Below, piece by piece: positions 41,089-50,909 of a DNA stretch of 64,000 nucleotides. Below the pieces are notes generated by a model. The model had not been told where the DNA came from, made no database searches, and was given only the letters and a program-made list of their open reading frames with translations. The translations under genes and the position numbers were made by a program. How positions within the stretch are numbered: the first letter of the stretch is position 1; every line of letters starts with the position of its first letter. This stretch comes from an uncultured Chthonomonadaceae bacterium (GTDB taxonomy: Bacteria > Armatimonadota > Chthonomonadetes > Chthonomonadales > Chthonomonadaceae): NCBI GenBank assembly GCA_963835065.1, contig CAWIEK010000057.1, positions 64,001-128,000 on the forward strand. Reading direction: 5' to 3'.

Positions 41089-41339
41089 GCGCGGCCAATG
41101 ACGGCAAGCGTCAGGGCGCAGATGTTGTGGTGCAGGGGTATTGTGTCCACTGCCGCAGCCGGCGTCAGATGGTGGGCGCAATTCAAGTCTGCAACAAGCG
41201 CGGCGGACGCGACCTGAAGGGACTTTGCAGCATTTGCGGCAAATCCATGTACCGTCTGGGCGGTTGGGATTCCGTTGTCGCCGCCGCGCAGGAAACCGAC
41301 AAAAACAGCCGCACTCAGAACACTCCACCAGAAGAGTAG
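41085..41339 (+). CDS. DUF5679-like zinc-ribbon protein
   Basis: YCVHC...LKGLCSICGKSMYR. ATGA overlap with the upstream gene. Confidence 0.7.
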   Translation: MSAANDGKRQGADVVVQGYCVHCRSRRQMVGAIQVCNKRGGRDLKGLCSICGKSMYRLGGWDSVVAAAQETDKNSRTQNTPPEE

Positions 41340-41356
41340 TACAGCAAATGTTTTGA

Positions 41357-41400
41357 AAAATGCCTGCCTCCTTCCATTATCGGAAGAAGGCAGGCATTTT
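41357..41400. terminator. Rho-independent terminator
   Basis: AAAATGCCTGCC...GGCAGGCATTTT. Confidence 0.75.
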
Positions 41401-41420
41401 CATAACTCACTTAAAATCGT

Positions 41421-41449
41421 TTGACAATGCCACGAACATGGCCCATAAT
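41421..41449 (+). promoter_or_regulatory. Sigma70-like promoter TTGACA-N17-CATAAT
   Basis: Near-consensus. An ATG follows 5 nt after the -10. Confidence 0.65.
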
Positions 41450-41454
41450 TCCGC

Positions 41455-41565
41455 ATGATTGCCGCGTCACCGCCACTGCGTTTCCTGGACACTAACGTCT
41501 GTATTGACATTGTTCTGGCTCAGGCGACGGCGAATTCTCCCACCTGGCGCAACGGCAAAGAGTAA
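41455..41565 (+). pseudogene. Leaderless PIN-domain N-terminal fragment
   Basis: MIAASPPLRFLDTNVCIDIVL (PIN DTN motif), cut off where the xisI 3' end lies on the opposite strand. Confidence 0.55.
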
Positions 41566-41855
41566 AATCCCAGCACGATACGGTCTTTCGGTACGCCTTC
41601 CGCCACCAGTTCGGAAGCGATGCCTTCTTCCGTATTGTCGGTCAACACCCATATTTTGCCGTCCCGTATCTCCAGATAGGCAAGCAGCCGCGCGTCATAG
41701 CGATCTCCGGCAAAACTGACGTTTTGTAGTGTGTAGCGGTCGTGCGGCGCGTCCTGTACGCTGACGATTTTCCAGTCACTCGGCATACGCGGCAGCTTTT
41801 CCCATTCAGCAAACACGCGCCCAATCGCTTCGCGCAAAGTGTCTACGATTTCCAT
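41520..41855 (-). CDS. xisI: XisI family protein
   Basis: DRY, LEIRDGKIWVLTDNTEEGIASELVAEGVPKDRIVLGF. Confidence 0.9.
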   Translation of the reverse strand: MEIVDTLREAIGRVFAEWEKLPRMPSDWKIVSVQDAPHDRYTLQNVSFAGDRYDARLLAYLEIRDGKIWVLTDNTEEGIASELVAEGVPKDRIVLGFYSLPLRQVGEFAVA

Positions 41856-42195
41856 GCTACAATCTCCTCGCGTTCCACTGAAAAATAAAAACTGAAAAAT
41901 AAAACAGGCGGTTTATATGCTCCTTCAGCATCAACTGTCCTAATTCCTCGCTTAAAATGGAATCGCGCACTTCTTCGGAAACAGCAAGATAAAGTTCTCG
42001 ATCCGGTTCTACCTGTGACAGAATACTTTTGTACATGAGGAACTGGCCCATAGCCTGCTGCAAGTCAGCGACGGGCGAGGCGCCGCCAAAGGTTTTAATC
42101 TCTACTGCAATTCGCTTCGTATCGCGCTCTGCCCCGATCAACACCCTTTCCGCTCCTACATCAACCGAAAGTGTTCGCTTGCCAACGACAAAGAA
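41843..42195 (-). pseudogene. xisH: XisH family nuclease, 5'-truncated and frameshifted by a 14-bp duplication
   Basis: VDVGAE, IAVEIKTF, AMGQFLMY and EPDRELYLAV. ACTGAAAAATAAAA is duplicated at 41877-41904. Confidence 0.85.
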
Positions 42196-42208
42196 GGAAT
42201 GCCGTATG

Positions 42209-43135
42209 CTAAAGTATTATATCTGACCCTTCAACGATGAAGTGACAGATACTATTTTCTAACGACGCCTCTAATATACGATTGAGGACGTACTTCTTTA
42301 AGGCAAATGGTTGTTGAGCCAAGCGTAGAAAGTCAAACATCACTATCCCTAGCTCCTTACCATTAGACATAGGGTTCTGTCCGCCAATTTCGCGTTGTAT
42401 GCGTTTTAGCAGAAGCGCGGCTTCTTTACCTGACACATCAATGCGAAAGATTAAGCCACCGGGGAATGGCTGCTCTTGCTGGTGAAAACCGCAGGCGTCA
42501 TACGAGTACAGGATACTCCCGCCCATGAGTGTGCAGCTCAGGCTTTTGCGGTGTCCATCCGGGTAGTAATCGTATTCCAGCGTGAACACATAGGGCATCG
42601 CGGCGTATTTGGTTGTCGCCGTCAGCACGTTGCCCAGGCAGTCGTAGGTATACGACAGGGTAAGCCTGCTGTCCTGCGCGCTTTTCACGCGGCCAAACGC
42701 ATCGTATTCGTAATGTACGGACGGCAGCGCGTTTTGCCCGTACTGCACGTCGGTCACGCGGCTGTCATCGGGGGCGCGGGTGTACCACGTATCGCGGTCC
42801 TGCTCGTCCAGCGTGTGCGCGACATTGCCTTCGGGATCGTAATCGGCCTGCAGCCTCTGGCTGTTCTTGTTGATGACCTGCCGCAGATTGCCCACATTGT
42901 CGTAAACATGCTGAAACGTTCTGCCGTTGCCGTCTGTCAGCTGGCGCAGGCGGCTCAGGCCATCGTACTGGAGCCGCGCCTGCTCGCCGCTGCCCTGCTG
43001 CATCGTGGACGCGCCCTCGCCGTTCAAACTCACGCCTTCCTGCCGTACCGCCATTCCGTTGCCCGCGTACAACACCGTGCCAACCGCCGGCCTGCCGGGA
43101 TAAGCATACGCACTCACAACATAGCTGCGCCCCAT
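42209..43135 (-). pseudogene. Internal RHS/YD-repeat fragment fused to an unrelated low-GC fragment
   Basis: YDGLSRL, YDNVGNL, YEYDAFGRV, YTYDCLGN and YYPDGHR. No RHS core or DPxG. GC shifts near 42480. Confidence 0.75.
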
Positions 43136-43244
43136 GTTAAAATCGCAACCTTTTCCATGCCAGCCCTGTCTTATGAGCAACAAGGAAATAGTAGGCCGAA
43201 TTCATCGAGCAAGCAAGCAAAAATTTTAGAGGAATTTTCAGGCA

Positions 43245-43910
43245 ATGATAGAAGACGCGAGGCACATCTTTACCGATGCCTATTTTCGATGGCAAGATGG
43301 ACTAATAGTAGCAAGCCACTTCCGGCAAGTGACTCGAACAAGTGTGCCATTGGGAAGAGAAGCAGCATTCCAACATGCAATGAACATTGCACAAAACCAT
43401 CCTCAGATGGTCAGCATGTTTCAAAATCAGAACCTTTCTCAAAATGCAGAGATGCAAAATATCTTTGCGAACAAGGCGGCTGATGTTTTTGCAGAAAATG
43501 TAATTACCGCTATCAATGCTGCCTCACTGTTGTTCATTTACGCCACATTGGACAGCGTACTGAGCGACCATCTGCATTGTTCGGCCTTGATAGCCTGTCA
43601 CGACTGGAAATCAGTGATCGTAAACGACAAATTTACTGCCGAGCAATTCGCTGGCCTATCGGACGATGAACTCGCAAGGAAGGTGCATAAATGCCGGTTA
43701 AACCTCAAAGAACGAAGCGGATTGTCGGCAAAGGCTGAGGCTCTCTGCAAAATCTGCAATCCGTCTGTTGACCTTATGAGCAAAGAAGGTATTATTTACG
43801 ACAGCAAGCGTTTATATCAACTGACTCAAGCCCGCAATGAGATTGCGCATGGGGATGGGTTACGGAAACCTATTCCTGATTTCGAGGATGAGTTGCGCTT
43901 TCTGATCTGA
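43245..43910 (+). CDS. HEPN-like protein, possibly prematurely stopped
   Basis: C-terminal ARNEIAHG (Rx4H). The frame stays open about 30 codons past the TGA. Low GC. Confidence 0.55.
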   Translation: MIEDARHIFTDAYFRWQDGLIVASHFRQVTRTSVPLGREAAFQHAMNIAQNHPQMVSMFQNQNLSQNAEMQNIFANKAADVFAENVITAINAASLLFIYATLDSVLSDHLHCSALIACHDWKSVIVNDKFTAEQFAGLSDDELARKVHKCRLNLKERSGLSAKAEALCKICNPSVDLMSKEGIIYDSKRLYQLTQARNEIAHGDGLRKPIPDFEDELRFLI

Positions 43911-43994
43911 TGCGGCAACTATTTCTTCAAAGCGACCCAAGCAAAATATAACCTGTCGCTAGATTGGCAATACTACATGAACAAACACTCGGCA

Positions 43995-44357
43995 TCAGGA
44001 TAGCTCCGCAAGGGCTTGTTGAAGCTGTTCTTCGGTTTCATCGCCCGGCCACTTGCCGGAAACCATGTCCGCCAGCGTTTTACCCGGCGGCGGCGTTCTT
44101 CTCGGCTGATAGCGTTCCATTGCGCGTTGCTGTGCCTGCGCAAGTTGTTCCGGCGTACGGTGCGTCATTTCGTAAATGGCGCGTTCCAATGGCGTTTGCT
44201 CCTGCATTTCTGCCTCCTGCGCATCTATTGTTTGCGTTGTCTCAATATGTACTTGTACCACATCGCCAGGATGCAATCCTAATTCAGCAACCATTTCTTT
44301 CGGAACAGTAAGCGAACCATCCCCCGTAAGTGGGGCGGCAAAAGCAATAGCCGTCAT
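43995..44357 (-). CDS. AbrB/MazE-like antitoxin (orphan)
   Basis: GSLTVPKEMVAELGLHPGDVVQV and GKWPGDET. GAGGAGG SD. Confidence 0.75.
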   Translation of the reverse strand: MTAIAFAAPLTGDGSLTVPKEMVAELGLHPGDVVQVHIETTQTIDAQEAEMQEQTPLERAIYEMTHRTPEQLAQAQQRAMERYQPRRTPPPGKTLADMVSGKWPGDETEEQLQQALAELS

Positions 44358-44719
44358 GCCTCTTTCCTCCTCAGAACCGAATGTCGTATTGCACAGTATA
44401 CCATGCCGCAATATGTGATGACAAAAAGTAAAAGCGCAGGTTTCCTTGTTCGAAAGAACCTGCGCTTTATACATAGAGGATAGAGTCTATACTTCTGGCG
44501 CGATGCTTTTGCAGGCGGGGGCGGCTAGTATTACAACGACGGGTTTGGGGTAAAATGTAAAATCCCTATTCGGCATGGCGGGAGAGGCTGCAACCCTGAC
44601 CGCCTTTTTCATTCACACCCAATCACACCATAAAAGCATGTATTGGCTCATGTTTTTCAGAAAATAGTTTGAAGGTGTCCATACTTTTTGGTATACTGTC
44701 TGGCAGGGATGATAAAGAT

Positions 44720-44947
44720 ATGCTCACAGTTCAGCAGGTGGCAGAAATGCTTGGAGTGAACCAGAACTCTGTTTACCTCGCTGCCAGTGAGGGACCTTTG
44801 CCCTACTCAGAAATGTTGGGGCGCAAAGTCATTGTCCGTGCTGATGCAGAGGCGTACCAAGAACGTACCCGCGTCAGTGGCGAGAAGCCGAAGGGCAGGC
44901 CGAAGGGAAGTGCGAACCGGAAGAAGATAGACGCAGGAGAAAGTTAA
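44720..44947 (+). CDS. Excisionase-like HTH DNA-binding protein with AT-hook-like tail
   Basis: MLTVQQVAEMLGVNQNSVY...KPKGRPKGS. Confidence 0.75.
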   Translation: MLTVQQVAEMLGVNQNSVYLAASEGPLPYSEMLGRKVIVRADAEAYQERTRVSGEKPKGRPKGSANRKKIDAGES

Positions 44948-44950
44948 ATA

Positions 44951-45919
44951 ATGGCTTCTTTCACATTCCAAATAAAATTAATGGTTTCGCGCAGTATTGC
45001 TATTGTTAGTGAACAGCAGGTTTTAGAACTTGCTAGACCTAGTGAAAACACGGTTATTACTCTTGAATCTCTCATTGATAAGTCTATACAACAAGCGTCT
45101 TTCCTACGTGTTAAAGGTACAGGTTACCACTCAGAGGAGGCAGCCTTTGAAGCAGGGCAGACTTGGCTTCGAGTTTTGATGCTGACTTTGGCAAGAGTAC
45201 GCATGGGCACAGACTTCAGCAGGGCTAAGCCATCGGCGGCTTTTATACCCGCCAATTATCCTTCCGCATCGTATGAAGGTGTAAAAGAAATACCAGAGAG
45301 ACAATTAGTAGATACCACATATGGAATTGTAGTATACGATGCTGACAAACTTACCCGTTTTGCCGGGACTGGAAGTGCAATCCATGCAATCCATTCCGTA
45401 CTAGGTGAGAATCTGGTTCGACTAGCCAACAACATCAAGGAGAGGTTTCCCACAATAAATCTTAAAGAGGAAATTGCCTTTGAACTTTTCAATGCTTCCT
45501 TTTTTGAGGTTTCAACACGCACACGATTCTTATTGCTTGTTATGGCAATTGAGGCACTAATTGAACTCACGCCGCAAAGCGATCAGGCAATAAAGCATGT
45601 CGAATTCCTAATGCTACAAACTAAGAATTCTCTCACGCTTTCAGCTAGCGAGAAAGCGTCCTTTACTGGCAGTTTACGATATATGCTGAACAAGTCAATT
45701 GGTAAAAGAGGCCGTGATTATGTTGCGCAGCGTCTTGGAGACCGCCAGTATCAAGGTAAACAGGCTGAGAATTTCTTTACATACTGTTATAGTCTGCGTA
45801 GCGAACTTGTTCATGAAGGCCAAACAGAAGCAGGCATTAATATGAAGGCACTGGTATATATTTTGGAAGGGTTTGTGTCAGACCTGTTATGCGCAAACAT
45901 CCTAGACATTCCTAAATGA
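44951..45919 (+). CDS. ApeA-like HEPN domain protein
   Basis: RFLLLVMAIEALIE...YSLRSELVHEG (Rx4H). Low GC. Confidence 0.65.
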   Translation: MASFTFQIKLMVSRSIAIVSEQQVLELARPSENTVITLESLIDKSIQQASFLRVKGTGYHSEEAAFEAGQTWLRVLMLTLARVRMGTDFSRAKPSAAFIPANYPSASYEGVKEIPERQLVDTTYGIVVYDADKLTRFAGTGSAIHAIHSVLGENLVRLANNIKERFPTINLKEEIAFELFNASFFEVSTRTRFLLLVMAIEALIELTPQSDQAIKHVEFLMLQTKNSLTLSASEKASFTGSLRYMLNKSIGKRGRDYVAQRLGDRQYQGKQAENFFTYCYSLRSELVHEGQTEAGINMKALVYILEGFVSDLLCANILDIPK

Positions 45920-46099
45920 CTTAACTATAGTGATTGAGAAGAGCCTATTTGACAGTGGCATTGCAAGCCCTTCCCCATCGGCGGGGCTTGCAGCATTTAC
46001 ACCGGGCACACTCAACGCAGGAGGCAAGACAGCCATGCACACCTTCATTACGGTTCCCGAAGCCGCCGACCTATGGGCTACAGGCCGCGCACAAGTCTT

Positions 46100-46894
46100 T
46101 CAGTCTTCCCCACCCTCTTCCATGTCGTGAAGCAAACTTCCCTGCTGCCAGACGCCCTTTAGAGGCCGCTCTACGCCTGTTTTAGCAGGACAAACGTTCT
46201 TGTACGGGCAAGTCGTGCAACCGATTCCCGGCGTAGGCTTCCATGCTTTTTCCTGTTGAATACTCGCACAGGTTGCGTCCACCCACTCTACCGTAGCCTT
46301 CAACGTAGCGCGATTCGCGGGAAAAACCTTTTCCTCTCCATGTCGCAGGTAGTATAGCCTCACGTCCGCCACAGGAAGCCCCAAACCGTGTTCCGCCAAG
46401 ATTTGGTAAAAGCCCAATTGTCGCGGATTGAAACCTGTTTCGCCCTCCGGTAGCAATTTGTCCAATTTGTAATCAATAACGCTGTATCGGTTATCGTCGC
46501 GCAGGTCAATGCGATCCACAACACCGCTGAGGTTGTAGGGGCCAAAAGACAGTCTAATCACTTGTTCATGGTGTGTGGGCAAACGTCTGAGACGGTTCTC
46601 GCGTTCCGCAAAGGCGCGTAGAATAGTCTCGCTTTCACGATACGGTTGAGAATTACGTACATCCGGCGAACGCGGTAAATCGTAGACGTGCGCCAGGGCG
46701 TCGAGTAAACCCTGCTCCTCGACCACGCCGTCTTTGCGCCCTCGGACGTAGTAACTGCGAATCGCGGCGTGAATACGCTTTTGGAACGTCAGAGACGTGA
46801 TCGGAGGCCGGGGCAGGCGCTCGATGTAGCCATACCGATATTTGAGCCGGCAGTCGCTGAAGGTTTTAAGTTTTGTATAGGACAAGTTCATCAA
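46100..46894 (-). CDS. RecB/Cas4-like PD-(D/E)XK nuclease with 4-Cys cluster
   Basis: LSYTKLKTFSDCRLKY, GVVDRID, VIDYK, QLGFY and CTTCPYKNVC. Confidence 0.88.
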   Translation of the reverse strand: MMNLSYTKLKTFSDCRLKYRYGYIERLPRPPITSLTFQKRIHAAIRSYYVRGRKDGVVEEQGLLDALAHVYDLPRSPDVRNSQPYRESETILRAFAERENRLRRLPTHHEQVIRLSFGPYNLSGVVDRIDLRDDNRYSVIDYKLDKLLPEGETGFNPRQLGFYQILAEHGLGLPVADVRLYYLRHGEEKVFPANRATLKATVEWVDATCASIQQEKAWKPTPGIGCTTCPYKNVCPAKTGVERPLKGVWQQGSLLHDMEEGGED

Positions 46895-47019
46895 AAATTA
46901 AAAAAACTTTGCACCATGCGAAAAAAAGAACACTTTCCACCTTCTAAAATGCCTGCGAAGTGTGAATATATCTGCAAATCAGCCAGGCGGCGGGACGGGG
47001 GAGAGTTAGAGCGGAGTTC

Positions 47020-47194
47020 CTATCAACGAACAACCTGACAACCTAACCCGGAAGGGAGGTGCAACAAACATGCCTGTACATACGCGGGCGCCGTAACTCT
47101 AATGAGGTCACGACGCCTCTGCTAAAAACTAGACACAATGAGGCGGAGTGCTGGAAGCGCTGCATTGCCAAAATTTCGACGATGCCTCTACATA
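47020..47194 (+). ncRNA. Candidate structured RNA with short ORF MPVHTRAP* (47070-47096), copy 2
   Basis: Homologous to 30260-30451 on the opposite strand. Confidence 0.6.
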
Positions 47195-47284
47195 TTCTTT
47201 TATTTTCCATTTAGATGCGGTCGCCCTGAACGCAGGTTTTCCTGATGCGGAAGGACCTGCGCTCTATGCATTAAAAGGTAAAGA

Positions 47285-48703
47285 CTACGCTTTGGGCGCA
47301 ACGCCTTTATAAGTCGGGTCCGCGAGGCCGGGGAGTTCGCCGTCGCTGTCTCCGAAATTGCTGACGGGAACGCCCATGCGAGTCGCCATGCCCCGGTATA
47401 GGTCGCACAGGGGCGTGTTTTTGCCGTATACCAGATGCCGCCCGGTTGCCAGCGTGCCGCCGCCCCGTCCGGCAAGCACCATCGGCAGGTTGTGCGGGTC
47501 GTGGGCGTTGCCGTCCTTCATGCCGCAGCCCAAAAGCACCATGCTGTTGGCAAGCAGGTTGCTGTCGCCTTCCCGTATCCCCTTCATCTTTTCCAGCATA
47601 TAAGCGTACTGCTGCAAGTGCCAGATGTTGATGCGCTTGTATTCTTCCAGCTTGGCTTTGTCGTTGGAGTGGTGCGAAATCTCGTGGTGGCTGCCCGACA
47701 CTCCCGGCAGAAACGAGAAGTTCTTGCCGCTCACTTCGTTGCCGAACATGAACGTCGCCACTCGGGTCGAGTCCGTCCAAAAGGCCAGCACCATCAGGTC
47801 CAGCATCAGGCGCACCTGTTCCGTATGGTCTATGCGCTCGTGCAGTTTGGCGGAGTCTTTGTAGTAGTCCTGTATGCGCAGGCCGAGTTTTTCCACTTCC
47901 GCTTTAGCAAGGGCGTCGTCGGAATAGTGCGCCTTGCGCCGGGCGGCATCGAACGCGATCCGCTTTTCCACCGAGCGCACCGACTCGAAATACTCCTCTA
48001 ATTTCAGCTTGTCCGCCTGCCCGATTTTGCTGTTCAGGCTTTTGGCGTCGTCCATCACGGCGTCTAAGACGCTCATGTCGTTTTGGTTGGCCGGTTTCGC
48101 GCTCATCGTGGAGCGGAACAGGCGGTCAAACGCAAGCTGCGGGTTGATTTCGCGCGTCACGGGCGTGGTCGGCGTACTCCACGAGATATGCGAGCCGTAC
48201 AAAGCGGTCAGGCCGACGTTGGTATCCACATACGTTGTCGGCGGCTCCACGCTCAGTTCCAGCGAGGGCAGGGGCGTCAGGTTGCCGATGTGCTGCGCGA
48301 CCAGTTGATCCAGGGAGACGCCGCCGCAGCGCAGATTGCTGCCGGTTGTCTTCGTGATGTGCGTACCCGTCAGCCAGGGCGCGACCTTGAAATAGTGCCC
48401 GTCGCCGTCGTTGCTCTGCTTGTTCATCAATTCGGTGAACACCAGCACGTCGGACTTGACGCTTTCCAATGGCGACAAAATGGACGAGAGTTGAAAATCC
48501 GCGCCCGCTCCCTGCGGCATCCACTCATGCGGATTGACGCCATTCGGCATGTACAGCGCGGCCATGCGAACGGGCGGCTTGACGATTTTGCCGGCTGCAA
48601 ACGCCGTTCCCGCCTGCATAGACTCCAGAAACGGCAGGCACAGCGTCACGCCCAATCCCTTCAGCACAGTGCGGCGCGTCATCGGTTCAGAAAATCGGCT
48701 CAT
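47285..48703 (-). CDS. DUF1552 family Tat-exported protein
   Basis: TRRTVLKG, YMPNG, SLDQLVA, LPSLEL, DSTRVATF, HHEISHH and DGNAH. Confidence 0.93.
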   Translation of the reverse strand: MSRFSEPMTRRTVLKGLGVTLCLPFLESMQAGTAFAAGKIVKPPVRMAALYMPNGVNPHEWMPQGAGADFQLSSILSPLESVKSDVLVFTELMNKQSNDGDGHYFKVAPWLTGTHITKTTGSNLRCGGVSLDQLVAQHIGNLTPLPSLELSVEPPTTYVDTNVGLTALYGSHISWSTPTTPVTREINPQLAFDRLFRSTMSAKPANQNDMSVLDAVMDDAKSLNSKIGQADKLKLEEYFESVRSVEKRIAFDAARRKAHYSDDALAKAEVEKLGLRIQDYYKDSAKLHERIDHTEQVRLMLDLMVLAFWTDSTRVATFMFGNEVSGKNFSFLPGVSGSHHEISHHSNDKAKLEEYKRINIWHLQQYAYMLEKMKGIREGDSNLLANSMVLLGCGMKDGNAHDPHNLPMVLAGRGGGTLATGRHLVYGKNTPLCDLYRGMATRMGVPVSNFGDSDGELPGLADPTYKGVAPKA

Positions 48704-50721
48704 TATCTCTCCTGGTTCGTCACAACGTCTTTTTTCGATTCGGCAGTCTCGTCCTTGCGGTACAGGAACGGGTAGCTTTTCACAATGCCGCGAATCAGTA
48801 TGGAACTGCGGTAATCGTTCTTCGCCAGTTCACTCGTGATTTTGCGGACGGCGGGCAGGTCGTAGGGTTCCAGGCCCCGGCCCAGCGCGTACGCCAGCAT
48901 CTTTTCGGTCAGGTTGCGGGCAAACTCATCCTTTTGCGCCATAAGAATTTGCTTGAGTTCAACGGCTCCCGTAAACTTTTCGCCCGTTGTCAGAACGCCG
49001 GACGCATCTACGGGTTTGCCGCCGATGTCCGCGCGCCATTTGCCCGTCGCGTCGAAGTTTTCCAGCCCGAAGCCGATGGGGTCCATGCGGGCGTGGCAGC
49101 CGGCGCATTCCGGCTTGGTACGGTGCTGCTCCAAACGCTGCCGGAACGTGATCCCGCCTTTGGGCGCATCGTCGGGCGGCAGGGTGGCGACAACGGGCGG
49201 CGGGGGCGGAACCGACGCGCCCAGCACTTCCGACAGCACCCACTTGCCGCGCAAAACCGGGCTTGTGCGCAGGGGGTACGAGGTCAGGGTTAAGATACTC
49301 GCCTGCGTCAAAATGCCGCCGCGCCGATGATCGGCAAGCGATATGCGGCGCATCCCCATACCGGTCACGCCGTCAATGCCGTAGTGCTTGGCAAGCGGTT
49401 CGTTGACATAGGTGTAATCGGCGTCCAGCAGGCGCAGCAGGCTGGCATCATCCTGCACGACGGACTGAAAGAAATCAATGGTTTCGCCGTACATAGCGTC
49501 GCGCAGTTCGGGCGTGTAATCAGGAAAGCGTTTCGGGTCGGGCTTGGCGGACGTGTACAAATCGCGCGCCCGCAGCCATTGCCCCGCAAACCCGTCCGCA
49601 AACGCATGGGCTTTTGGACTTTTCAGCATCCGCGCGACCTGCTGATCCAGCACGACAGGCAGATGCAGCTTCTTTTGCGCGGCAAGCGCGAACAACTCCT
49701 CATCCGGCATGGACGACCACAAAAAGTACGACAGGCGATTAGCGATCTCATAATCGTTGAGCGGGTAGGCGTCCTGCGCGGGCTTGCTTTGCTCGGCGCG
49801 AAACAGGAAATTGGGCGACACCAGAACGGCTTTCAGCGCGAACTTCACGGACGGCTGAAAACCCTCGCCCCGTTTTGCCGCCGCATCGTACAAGTGAAGC
49901 AAGCGCTCCACTTCCATTGCATCAGCGGGGCGGCGATAGCCCAGCGTGGCGTAGCGGGACAGGATTTTACGCGCGGCTTCGCGGGCGGGAACGGTTTTGC
50001 CGGGACGGACAAAGAACAAGCGCTCCGGTTTCGCCGCGTCCACAATCTCGCCCGCCGCCTGCAAATAGCGCTCCATTAAAATCGGCGGCACGAACAGCGT
50101 ATCGGCGTTGTTGTCGAAACCGCCGCCCCCGCCGCCATCGGCAGGAAAATTATCGGCGGGATTGGAGGAAACGCCGAACAAATCACGAACCGTATTGTTG
50201 TATTCCACGCGGCTCAGGCGGTGCAGCAACACGCGCCCCGGATTTTTTGGCAGCAAACTGTCATCCGTACTGGCAAGCGTATGCCCAATCCAGATGGAAA
50301 GTAAATCGCGTTGCTCCATTGAGGGCTGCGGCAGGCGGGCAGGCGGCATTGAGCGTCCGCGCACCTGCGCCAGAACCTTGCGCCACGTCGTCTGGTCGCG
50401 CTGAATCGCCGCAACATCGGCATAGCCCGCGAGATTGACGCCCGCCGCCGGATTTGTCGCGCCGTGACAGCCAATACAATACTGCTGTAACAGCGGCTTG
50501 ATCTGCTTGTCATACGCGGCCGTATCGGCAGGGGGTGTTTGCGCGATTTTGGGTTCGTCCGCGCCCCGCGCCAACGTCGCGCCCAACAGCAGGGCGGGCA
50601 AAGTAAGCGATAACGCGAAACGCAGCAGTGTGGGACGGTGTAGGTGACGCTGTATATTAAGGATAGCAGGATGGTTCAAATTCAAAAATTTCTCTCGCAA
50701 AGGACGCTGAAATACGCGCAA
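48703..50721 (-). CDS. DUF1592/DUF1588 (PSD-type) cytochrome c protein
   Basis: CIGCH, RLSRVEYNNTVRDL, GFDNNA, RLSYFLWSSMPD, RTSPVLRGKW and CAGCHARMDPIGFGLENFD. Start uncertain. Confidence 0.92.
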   Translation of the reverse strand: MRVFQRPLREKFLNLNHPAILNIQRHLHRPTLLRFALSLTLPALLLGATLARGADEPKIAQTPPADTAAYDKQIKPLLQQYCIGCHGATNPAAGVNLAGYADVAAIQRDQTTWRKVLAQVRGRSMPPARLPQPSMEQRDLLSIWIGHTLASTDDSLLPKNPGRVLLHRLSRVEYNNTVRDLFGVSSNPADNFPADGGGGGGFDNNADTLFVPPILMERYLQAAGEIVDAAKPERLFFVRPGKTVPAREAARKILSRYATLGYRRPADAMEVERLLHLYDAAAKRGEGFQPSVKFALKAVLVSPNFLFRAEQSKPAQDAYPLNDYEIANRLSYFLWSSMPDEELFALAAQKKLHLPVVLDQQVARMLKSPKAHAFADGFAGQWLRARDLYTSAKPDPKRFPDYTPELRDAMYGETIDFFQSVVQDDASLLRLLDADYTYVNEPLAKHYGIDGVTGMGMRRISLADHRRGGILTQASILTLTSYPLRTSPVLRGKWVLSEVLGASVPPPPPVVATLPPDDAPKGGITFRQRLEQHRTKPECAGCHARMDPIGFGLENFDATGKWRADIGGKPVDASGVLTTGEKFTGAVELKQILMAQKDEFARNLTEKMLAYALGRGLEPYDLPAVRKITSELAKNDYRSSILIRGIVKSYPFLYRKDETAESKKDVVTNQER

Positions 50722-50909
50722 ACTCTTCTTTTATAATACAACATTCGGGCGAAGGCTGCACGATTTGTTGGAGCGCCGTACGCGGCATTGGTTACAAGTT
50801 TGTGCAGGAGAGGCGTTTTTGAACATAGCCGCGAATGAACGCGAATACAGCGAATAGAGAATAAAAGAATGACAATTCTTGATGTTCAGGAGGCGGACAA
50901 GGAGAATCT

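Noticed and set aside
42209..43183. Functional RHS toxin
   Set aside because: It has only a few YD repeats, no RHS core or DPxG, and non-homologous ends.
46100..46894. cas4 of a CRISPR-Cas locus
   Set aside because: No cas1/cas2 or array. Treated as a solo RecB-family nuclease.
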